Source of the DNA: Octopus vulgaris
Taxonomy: Eukaryota
Direction of reading: 5' to 3'
Assembly: GCA_951406725.2 (NCBI GenBank)
Contig: OX597824.1
Span: 18,352,001 to 18,416,000 of the forward strand
Length of the DNA: 64,000 nucleotides
Below are positions 28,128 through 40,241 of the stretch, in pieces. The position numbers and the translations under genes were made by a program. A model generated the notes under the pieces. The model saw only the letters and a list, made by a program, of their open reading frames with translations, did no database searches and was not told where the DNA came from. How positions within the stretch are numbered: the first letter of the stretch is position 1; each line of letters starts with the position of its first letter.

Positions 28128-28386
28128 TTTACTATTTTACTCTTATATATGTTTCAGTCATTTGACTGCGGCCATGCTGGAGCACCGCCTTTAGTCGAGC
28201 AAATCGATCGCAGGACTTATTCTTTGGAAGCCTAGTACTTATTCTATCGGTTTCTTTTGCCAAGCCGCTAAGTTACGTGGACGTAAACACGCTACCATCG
28301 GTTATTAAGCGATGGTGGGGGGACAAATACAGACACACAAACATATACACACACATACATACATATATATATATATATATTTATTT

Positions 28387-28596
<210 letters not shown>

Positions 28597-28967
28597 GTAT
28601 ACATATATATATATCTATATAGAGAGATTTTGATGCATACACATACTCACAAACACACACACGCATATATATGTATAAGTACACATTTTTATACATTTCT
28701 ATACACACACTCATGTATATATACACTCACGTATAAATAGATGTACATATAACGAAAGAGTGAGATGTCAGAAATAAAGAGATACAGAGAGTGAGACTGC
28801 GTGTAATTATTTGATAGTTTTGGAAGTAGATCTTCAACGCAAAACTTGGGGGTGACAGTGAGAGGAAAAGTAAGGCAGAAGGTAAGATAGAGATGGATCC
28901 CGTGGCAGCGATGTATTGTGGTGGCGTGTGAGCTGCGGCTGTGTAAAAGCCCACATGTGATATATAG

Positions 28968-29044
<77 letters not shown>

Positions 29045-29128
29045 TGTGTGTTTGTATGTATATATATATACATATACATACACTCACATATATATATATG
29101 CATGTATGTATATATGTACGTATATAAT

Positions 29129-29168
<40 letters not shown>

Positions 29169-29274
29169 GATAAGTAGATAGATAGATACATACATACATA
29201 CACAATACATATATATGTATGTGTATGTGTATTATGTACGTGTGTGTAAACATATATATATATGTATATATATA

Positions 29275-29352
<78 letters not shown>

Positions 29353-29910
29353 TACATAGACGTATGTATGTACGTATGTATGTATGTACATAAGTTGCTG
29401 TAATTATTAAAGTGTAGAGAAAAGAACGTATTTCGTGAGAGGAAAGTGAGAGAAACTATAAGAGATAAAGGGAGGGCAATATGTAATAAAAATAGAGAAG
29501 AAATTTACGGGAATAAAGTAAAACCGACAATGAAAGTAGCAGTGTATAGTCTAAAAGATAGGGAGATAGAAAAGGAGCATTTTCAGGAAAAGAAGAAATG
29601 CATAAGAGGACGAAAGTTGAGCATTTAAGGGAGAGAAAACGAAAGGGGGGGGAGGAAGGAGGAGTACAGAGATGAAAGGAAAGCGAGGAAAGCTAGTTAA
29701 GCGGAGTGGGAGGAAGGGGAGGAATGGAGAATGGGTGATGGGTGGAGAATTGAATGGTAAGGAGAGAGGGGAATATATGGTACAAGATAGAGTCATACAG
29801 TAAAACGGAGATAATGGTGAGAGATATACGAAGGTAAACTAAATTGTCGGCTGCTTTGTATGCGTGTGTTTGTGCGCATGCGTTTGTGTTTATGCCTGTG
29901 TTTGTGCGAA

Positions 29911-29953
<43 letters not shown>

Positions 29954-30130
29954 ATGTGTGTGTGTTAAAGAAATATGAATGTAAAAATGGTAGATGACGT
30001 AGAGAATACTAAAATAGGAGCGAGGCAAAATGTGGAGTGTAAGTGAGAGGTATGGAAAATTGAGGAGTAGGAGGATAAATGATAAAAAAAGAGGGAAGGG
30101 AAGATGACGGATTAAATAGAGGCGATATCT

Positions 30131-30340
30131 GAGAGAGAGGGGGGAGGGAGAGGGAAGGAGAGAGGGGGAGAGGGAAAGGGAGAGAGAAGGAGAGAGGGGA
30201 GGGAGAGGGAAGGAGAGAGGGGGAGAGGGAAAGGGAGAGAGAAGGAGAGAGGGGAGGGAGAGGGAAGGAGAGATGGGGAGGGAGAGGGAAGGAGAGAAGG
30301 GGAGAAGGAGAAGGAAGGAGAGAGGGGGAGAGGGGAATTG
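30131..30340. repeat. G-rich polypurine minisatellite
   Basis: Repeated ggagagaggggg(g)ag(gg)agagggaa units. Confidence 0.85.
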
Positions 30341-30515
30341 AAGGAAGCGGAAGTAGTAGAACGAAGAGGAAGCGGAATTAGATCGAGGGGCACGAGAGAT
30401 GAATGAATGGATGGAGAAGGGGAAAATTGAAAAATTGCAATGGTTGTTTTGTGTGATGGTGGTAGATTTAAGGTTAAGTAGAGAGTAAAAAGACAAATAG
30501 AGGAGAAGAATAGGT

Positions 30516-30555
<40 letters not shown>

Positions 30556-31525
30556 GAAAGAAAGAGAGAGGCCAGACGGAAGATCACGAGGAGGTGGAGG
30601 TAAAAGAGGAGGAGGAGGAGGTGGAGCCAAAAGAGTTTGTGAGGGGGGAGGTAAGAGGAGGAGTTGAAATTAGAGTAGGAGTTAAAAAAGGAGAGAAACA
30701 CGAACTGCAATGCTATTTAAACTGACAAAAAATAATAATAATAATAATAATAATAAAAACAACAAACAAACAAACAAAAGCAGAAAACAACATCAACAAC
30801 AGGAGCAACAACAAAAACAACTGCAATAACAAACAAAAACAAAAACATCAACAACAACAACAACGACAACAACAACAACAGTAACAACAGACAAGAGCAG
30901 TAACAAAAGTATAAGAGCCATCAATATGGCGGAGACAAGGTTAATACTATATTCCTGCAGCTGTTTTCGCCTCCTCCTGGCTCCTTGTTTGATGTCATAT
31001 CTACATCCGGGCAACCATATCTGCCCACTCCTATCCCCCCCACCTCTCCTCCCCTTCCCCCATCGGTCCCCCTCCCTCTCTCTCTCACTCTATTTCCCCC
31101 CCCCTCTCTCTCTCTCTCTCTCTCACACACACTCTCTGTCTTAACAACGATTTCTGAAATTATTACCATATGACTTGCAATGGCTTTAACCTTAGGCACC
31201 ACCCTTTTCATTATGATCATCGTATTTTTTTTTTTTCAAATTTTTAAACATTTTGTTCATATATTTGTCATATTTTCATGTATATTTTTTTTTTATTAAA
31301 GAAAATGTCATTATTATCATTATTTGGTGTATATTTTTCTTTTCCTTGTAATTCTTGTTTTTTAAAGGTATTTATTCACTTTCATTTTAATGTATTTGAG
31401 TATGTGTGCGCGTATGAACGTATACATATATACGTATGCACACAAACATATATATACATACCATATATGTATACATATATATACACACACAAAGATATAT
31501 ATATATATATAAATAGATAGTTTTA

Positions 31526-31574
<49 letters not shown>

Positions 31575-31799
31575 TGTAGGTATTTAGGTACGTATGTACG
31601 TGTGTATTTTATGTATGTAAGTATGTATGTTTGTATAATTTTCAAAACTATTTTGGGGAAGATATACATATTTTTTTTTATTCCCCTTTTAAATATAATC
31701 TCAGAATTGGACTTCTCTGAAATAACTAATATGTAGCTTTGATAATAAAATTTTTATAAGAAGAGAAAATATGTTTAGAAAGATTAGAAACTTAGATAT

Positions 31800-32581
<782 letters not shown>

Positions 32582-33257
32582 GTTCAAATATATGTGCGAG
32601 CAATTTTGTATATGTAAATTATTAACTATGCAACGTCAAAAAAGAAAATAGTTGAAAAGTTAAAATTTATGGAAATGATAAAACGAATAACTTTTTAGGT
32701 GAAGATCTCCAAATTCTTGAAAGACCTGCCGTAAAAGTAGATTATGGAAATATTATTTCGGAAAAAAAGTATCATGCCAACATTTTCCTCATCTCTATTC
32801 ATAGATCTTTTGAAATGATAAAACTTTACCTACAATTAGGATTTCATTTCGGAAAATTGTTTTTGTATCTGTTTGTAGTTTTGTTGTCAATGACTTTAGT
32901 CTCTTTAGACAAGTGTTCACATGTGGGTAAATATACGTTTGTGTTGTTTGTGGCACATATACGCTTGTGCATGTGGTATGTGTGAGTGTGTGTGTGTGTG
33001 TCTGTATGTGTGTGTGTAAGTACGTATGTATGCATTTTGTTTAAAAATACATCTATAAAGTACATACATATACATGTGTGCGTATCTATATAAATGTATA
33101 TATATATACACATACACACATATATATATATATACATTTAAATAATGAGGGTGATAAATTGAATATTAATTTGATTAACATCAATTTAAAACCAGTAGCC
33201 TAGCATATAGAAAAATCTGACAAATGAGAAAAATTGTAATAAATGCGTATAATAGGA

Positions 33258-33349
33258 ATGGCCACTAAGTGGACATTCAATATGCTAGAAGAAGATCACC
33301 TACGTAGGTGATCTTCTTCTAGCATATTGGATGTTCACTTAATGGTCAT
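33258..33349. repeat. 92-bp spacerless palindrome
   Basis: 46-bp arms centred on tacgta with 4 transition mismatches. Confidence 0.95.
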
Positions 33350-33360
33350 CGTTATATATA

Positions 33361-33423
<63 letters not shown>

Positions 33424-33431
33424 TAGGTAGG

Positions 33432-33474
<43 letters not shown>

Positions 33475-33483
33475 GTAGGTAGG

Positions 33484-33550
<67 letters not shown>

Positions 33551-33567
33551 GTAGGTAGATAGGTAGG

Positions 33568-33657
<90 letters not shown>

Positions 33658-34449
33658 TGGATATTTATGTCTGATGTTTATTAAATTCTTTATAGAATTA
33701 AATCCGATCACAAAAAAAGTGACAACCGTCTATTGTTTTAAAAATGGAATCTTCAGGATATATGCATATATATATGTACTCATATAATGGGTCCGCGTTT
33801 GTTCTAGTACCCCAATATCTGTTCTTTGTTGCTCTTATATATGCATGTGTATGCCATTTACAAGCATACATATGTGTGCGTGTGTGTGTGTTTGTGTGTG
33901 TGAGAGAGAGTGCCTGTATGTGCATCTGTGTGTGCGTGTGCGTTTGTGTGTGTGTGTTTTATGCGTTTGCTATTGTGTTTCTCTTATTGTTTAGTTGTCA
34001 CTGTGTATGCATGTGTGTATGTGTATTAGTTGTTGTTGTCTAGTCCTACATCTGCTTCGACCGTGTATTCCCTATGGTCAAAGGCGTGGCCACCACGCCT
34101 TTCTGTTCGCATGTAATTACACTCTACCTGTCACTTATTCAGAAAACGTGGTTCCGAGTTTCTTGTTAATACTGTGATTGTTAGAATTGTATACATCCGG
34201 GTCAAGGAAATCTATGAATTTTCAGCATGCCTATCCAATCGTGGCCACCCTGTTCAACCAGAAATCCTGGATCACATTATTCGAAGATCTTATTCCCAAT
34301 TCGGGAAGTGTGACATTTGTGGAATATTTTGCTGCTATTTCCGGCAGGTCAAGCAACAACATAGCGCGTACAGTGGTTGTAATATACATATTGTTTTCTT
34401 AATGATATTGTTGTTCTGGTTGTCGTTGCTCTTGTTGGTATTTCTCCCC

Positions 34450-34700
34450 CACAGCAACAGGCGTGAGTTTCTTCTTTCTCCTCCTTTTCCACCTCTGCTG
34501 TGTTGCAACCACCATTCAACTACTCCAATCGTTATGTCCACTCTAAACCTGATGTCCAGTCTTTTCTTACCAGAACATTTTACCTCTGGAATTCTCTCCC
34601 TGCTCAAATCTCTATCGAGGGTGTTGTTCTACAAAGATGGAAGAAGTAGTAACAACACCAAACTCACCGGCCTAGGAGAGGTTTTGCTAAGACCACAAAC
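34450..34700 (+). pseudogene. Degenerate LINE ORF2 C-terminal remnant (CR1/Jockey group)
   Basis: QSFLTRTFYLWNSLPAQI...LQRWKK* at about 34557-34649 resembles the SFFPRT..LWNSLP motif. Confidence 0.5.
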
Positions 34701-35257
34701 ACAGCTCTTTCCACCACATCAAGTAAGTAAAACGTATAATAAAGTCAGAGACGGCTACGCATTGTTTGTCTAGATACAGTTCATCTATTGCTCATAAGGG
34801 CCGGTTTCCCGGTTTCTTGGTGTATAAGTTCCCCACCTGGACGGGGCGCCGGTCCGTCGTAGCTGAGCTGCAATATGCAGGAGGAAAGAATGAGAGAATG
34901 TTGTGGCGAAAGAGTCAGCAGACGTTTGCCATTACCTTGTGCCGGAGCCGCGTGGAGCTAAGGTATTTCGCTCATAAACACACACATCGCCCGATCTGAG
35001 AACATGTTCCTTCTACAGCTAAACCTTATATCGGGGCTATTCTAGCTCCAACTTTTAGCTTATGGGAGCACCATAACTGGACTAACTTCGTTGACCGAAA
35101 GCTACAGTTCTCTTTAGTTTGAGCACAATCCAGCGATGAGACAAAATGCAAAGCATCAAAGTATTTTACATGTTGTGTTGTACGTTAAAATGTCAACTAC
35201 TCTCGTACCATTTCTTTAGGCAACATTTCCAGGAATTCCATAAGCATGGTTCCCTCG

Positions 35258-35366
35258 ACAAGTGTTTTCTGCTATAGCCTCGGGCCAACCAAAACCTTGT
35301 GAGTGAATTTGGTAGACGGCAACTAAAAGAAGCCCGTCGTATATACATGTATATACATACATACAA

Positions 35367-35425
<59 letters not shown>

Positions 35426-35769
35426 GAGCAAAATGCCCCCACCCGTCCTATGGACGGTGCTGAGTTGTCAAACATTTAAACCAAATTCTCTTAAAACAAC
35501 TTGTCCGACCGTCCCATAGGCCTCCCATTTGAGAAACACTGATTTAGCCTAAATTTGAGACACCAGCAAAAGAAGAAATAAAGATAGACTATTTTTCTAT
35601 TCCAAAGAATGCTTTATTGATCGCATTCTCGCCCGGAATCGATTTTTGTGATTTTTTCAAGGCTTATACACGCATTGGTACCGTCGGTATCTACACATCA
35701 AATTTGAGCGCAATCGGATGGAGGATGCCCGAGATCCTAGAAGACACACACACAGACAGAACGGATTTT

Positions 35770-35820
<51 letters not shown>

Positions 35821-36040
35821 GACCTATGTGTGTGAGTTTCCCTTCCCCCATCACTCCTTGACAACCGGTGTTGGAGTGTTTATGCCCCCGTAATTTAGCG
35901 GTTCGACGAAAGAGAGTGAGAGAATAAGTACCAGGCTTGAAAAATTAAGTGTGGGATCGATTCATTCGACCAAAAACTCAAGGCGGTGCCCCAACATGGC
36001 CGAAGTCTAATGTCTAAAAGAAGTATAAGGTAAAAGATAA
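35258..36040 (+). mobile_element. SINE family A (older copy), interrupted by a Helitron-like element
   Basis: Halves at 35258-35345 and 35830-36040 match family A. Confidence 0.8.
35425..35780 (-). mobile_element. Non-autonomous Helitron-like element nested in a SINE microsatellite
   Basis: 5' part (tatataaaaatccgttctgtctgtgtg...ccgatt...aaatttg) resembles the 9448 element; hairpin ccgtcc-tat-ggacgg near 35442-35456; terminus reads CTCG|T (mutated CTAG); 5' TC lost in (TA)n. Confidence 0.6.
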
Positions 36041-36587
36041 AAGGTCGTGATCAACTTACCGATTTGTGCTAAGTTTATAGAGAATAGCGATGAGTCACTG
36101 ATGAGATCAAGTAAGATCGAAACTGTTTAATGAAAGAGTAGTCATGTCACACATTTCATTTTATTTCAAATTAAATTAACTTTTTAGGCTTCCAGCACTA
36201 ATTTTACTTCCTTTGTAATCAAAAATGGTCGTTAAGCTGGTTTTTTTAAAAAACAATAGTCTAATATTAATTGAAATACCTGTGTTCATTGCATTATGTA
36301 TGTTAGTATATACTTTAGTATGTAAAAACTTTACCCTTCCATTCACTCTAGTCATATTCTGTTATACATGTGTGTATACATATATATATATATATATATA
36401 TCACCATGATCACCGTGACCGACCAGGCTATCAGATGTTGCTACACATCGCTGGTCACAATTCGATTCGCATTGTTTTAGCCTTTAAATGACGCCACCCC
36501 GCTGGCTAAGCGAGCAGGCTAATATATATATATATATATATATACACAGTACATATTTATATATATATATATATATATATATACATA

Positions 36588-36626
<39 letters not shown>

Positions 36627-36754
36627 TATATGTATAATGTATATATGTATGTCTGTATATATGTATATGTATATATATGTATATATGTGTATATATATAT
36701 ATATATACACATATATATATATGTATGTATATATATATATGTACATATATATAT

Positions 36755-36819
<65 letters not shown>

Positions 36820-37013
36820 GCTAAGAGTTACAAATGGAAATGCTTAGCTTACTTTATTACGATTACGCTGTTACATTAAAAAAATTTATAAGTTTCTATA
36901 ATATAAGAAAACCCCGAAGCATTGAAGCGAAAATATAATCTATAATGATCTCTGTATTAAATTTAATAATAATGTTCATTTACAACAAAAGGTTAAATAT
37001 ACAAAAGATAGAA

Positions 37014-37245
37014 GGCGGTGAGCTAGCAGAAACGTTAGCACGCTGGACTGAATGCTTAGCAGAATTTCGTCTGCCGTTACGTTCTGAGTTCAAATTCCGC
37101 CGAGGTTGACCTTGCCTTTCATCCTTTCGGTGCCGATAAATAAAGTACCAGTTTCGCACTGGGGCCGATGTAATCGACTTAATCCGTGTGTCTGTCCTTG
37201 TTTGTCCCCTCTGTGTTTAACCCCTTGTGGGTAGTAAAGAAATAT
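37014..37245 (+). mobile_element. SINE family B monomer
   Basis: Matches 307-537. Confidence 0.88.
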
Positions 37246-37261
37246 ATACTAAAGATAAACA

Positions 37262-37668
37262 GGCGCAGGAGTGGCTGTGTGGTAAGTAGCTTGCTAACCA
37301 ACCACATGGTCCCGGGTTCAGTCCCACTGCGTGGCATCTTGGACAAGTGTCTTCTGCTATAGCCCCGGGCCGACCAATGCCTTGTGAGTGGATTTGGTAG
37401 ACGGAAACTGAAAGAAGCCCGTCGTATATATGTATATATATATATGTGTGTGTTTGTGTGTCTGTGTTTGTCCCCCCTGGCATCGCTTGACAACCGATGC
37501 TGGTGTGTTTACGTCCCCGTCACTTAGCGGTTCGGCAAAAAAGAGATAGATAGAATAAGTACTGGGCTTACAAAGAATAAGTCCCGGGGTCGAGTTGCTC
37601 GATTAAAGGTGGTGCTCCAGCATGGCCGCAGTCAAATGACTGAAACAAGTAAAAGAGTAAAGAGAAAA
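37262..37668 (+). mobile_element. SINE family A (tRNA-like head, internal (TA)n(TG)n, tail ...gactgaaacaagtaaaagag), reference copy
   Basis: A-box tggctgtgtgg and B-box ggttcagtcc. Near-identical copies at 1-62(+), 2557-2876(-), 4460-4868(-), 28125-28345(-); degraded copies at 141-650, 18770-18990, 48552-48900, 50745-52145, 59880-60290. Confidence 0.9.
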
Positions 37669-38127
37669 GATAAGCCTAAATTTAATCATACAACATTTAT
37701 ATCTTTCTTAAGGTCTTTAAGACTCCTCATGCTGCATATTGAAGCTTTATGATCCCGATGTGTGTGCGTGCGCGCGCGTGCGTGTGTGTGTGCAAGAGAG
37801 AGAGAGAGAGATCAGACAGTTTGATGGATGAAAAGATCTGTTAAATGACGGATGAACTAATTAAAGTCTACGGCCATCCAATACTGGTCAAGTTATTTCT
37901 CTTGAAAAGCAGTAGTTTCTTCAGTAGTTATCGACTTTGGTGAAGAAAGCGTGCTGGTTGTGCAGAGGACTGAAACGTTTTCAAGAATGGGCCAGCCCAA
38001 CACGTTCAGTCAGCAAAGAACCATTGGAATAAAAATGTAGGTATGGTGAGTGACCCTTAATGGTTGTCAGGACATCAGTGCAGGAAAAGGAAAACCCAAA
38101 TATAAAACCTGCGACACGATAGCAGCC

Positions 38128-38437
38128 AGTTATTGTTGTTTGTTCCATCTCGACCCATGCCTGGCTCATAAGGGCCGGTTTCCCGGTTTCTTGGCGTATA
38201 GGTTCCCCACCTGGAGGGGACGCCGGTCCGTCGTAGGTGAGCTGCAAGTTGCAGGAGGAAAGATTGAGAGAAAGTTGTGGCGAAAGAGTCAGCAGACGTT
38301 TGCCATTACCTTCTGCCGGAGACGCGTGGAGCTTAGGTATTTCGCTCATAAACACACACATCGCCCGATTTGAGATTCGAACCCGCGATCCCTCGACCAC
38401 GAGTCCGCTGCTCTAACCACTAGGCCATGTGCTTCCA
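38128..38437 (-). mobile_element. SINE family D
   Basis: Reverse complement of 1053-1362. Confidence 0.88.
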
Positions 38438-38659
38438 TGATAGCACTTAGTAATTTTGACTAGCTCTTCTTTTTGCAGCATCTGTCGTCATTGTTCAGAG
38501 AATGGGACTGGTTGAGTGCAAGACCTTCCTCACTTTAAAAAGCATCATGCAAGGGCATCGCTTGTCGAAACAGTACCATCTTATTATAACGAGAATAAGG
38601 AAGGTTAAAGTTAAGCTTTTGAAATAACAGCATAAAGAGAGGTGTTTTATATGATGGTT

Positions 38660-38965
38660 ACATGGCCTAGTGGTTAGACCAGCGGGCTCGCGGTCGAAGG
38701 ATCATGTGTTCGAATCTCAGACCGGGTCATGTGTGTGTTTATGAGCGAAATACCTTAGCTCCACGCGGCTCCGGCAGCAGGTAATGGCAAACTTCTGCTG
38801 ACTCTTTCGCCACAACTTTCTCTCATTCTTTCCACCTGCATCTTGCAGCTCACCTGCGACGGACCGGCGTCCCGTCCAGGTGGTGAACCTATACGCCAAG
38901 GAAACCGGGAAACCGGCCCTTATGAGCCACACATGGCTCCAGAAGGAACATACAAAAAAAAATAA
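38660..38965 (+). mobile_element. SINE family D
   Basis: Matches 1053-1362. Confidence 0.88.
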
Positions 38966-39520
38966 CAAAAGAACATTTGGTATAATATATGATGTATCAT
39001 ACATGATCAAATTGCTAGCTGCATTTTGTACGCATAATCAAGATGTGATATACGAGTAGGTATCAGATTCAGGCAGGTATAGAGAACTAAACCAAAAGCA
39101 AATCCTAAAAAAGTAATAGCTAATGAGGACAGTCTGGGTTTTTTCTTGAGAAGTTTCTTTAGAATCTGTTGGAAGACGTGTATTTCATTATCCTATTGCA
39201 TCTCCGATACCGCTGACGTAATTTTTAAGCAAACCATATTTGACGTTTAGATCGGTTCGTAAGTTTGTAATTGGCGATTTCCATCCACTCATTGAGGTAA
39301 TTCAGATTCGATATGATATGACTTATTTCAAATCATAGAAAAAAAGTGAGAATTTTGAAAGAGTCATCGAAATCCTTTATAACAGTATCGTATGAATTTT
39401 ATTTTAATATCGTTAAGGAAGCATTGAAATTATATATTATCTTCAATATTTACAATGAAGAAAGATACTTTGCGCCACACACTTACATATACCAACGAAA
39501 TATTTTAAAGTTCTATGTTT

Positions 39521-39614
<94 letters not shown>

Positions 39615-39654
39615 TGAGTGTGTGTGTGTGGGGGGTCTGTGTGTGCTTGTGTGA

Positions 39655-40035
39655 GTGGAGGTGCAATGGCCCAGTGGTTAGGGCAGCGGACTCGCGGTCG
39701 TAGGATCGCGGTTTCGATTCCCAGACCGGGCATTATGAGTGTTTATTAAGCGAAAACATCTAAAGCACCACGAGGCTCCCGCAGGGGCTGGTGTTGAACA
39801 CTGCTGGAGTCTTTCACCACAACTTTCTCTCACTCTTTCTTCCTGTTTCTGTTGTACCTGTATTTCACAGGGCCAGCTTTGTCACACTCTGTGTCACACT
39901 GAATCTCTCCGAGAACTACGTTATGGGCACACGCGTCTGTGGAGTGCTCAGCCACTTGCACGTTAATAAATGAGCTGCGACGTCATTGGTGCCAAGTTGT
40001 AATGGCCCCTTTTCCTTTCCCTTGGATAACATCGG
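39655..40035 (+). mobile_element. SINE family E (family-D-like head, different body; possibly Ceph-domain SINE)
   Basis: Head matches family D up to acaactttctctcactctttc, then diverges; contains ggagtgctcagccacttgcacgttaa (recalled as Ceph-domain-like, unverified). Confidence 0.65.
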
Positions 40036-40036
40036 G

Positions 40037-40091
<55 letters not shown>

Positions 40092-40198
40092 CAGATAGAT
40101 AGGTAGGTAGGTAGGTAGGTGGGTAGGTAGGTAGATAGATAGATAGATAGATGGATAAATAGATATGTATGTATATAAACTTAAATATAGTTTTATTA

Positions 40199-40240
<42 letters not shown>

Positions 40241-40241
<1 letters not shown>

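Noticed and set aside
39655-39730. tRNA-like sequence with A and B boxes (also at 1053, 10297, 38437, 60590)
   Set aside because: These are SINE heads continuing into SINE bodies with TSDs; no complete acceptor stem or terminator
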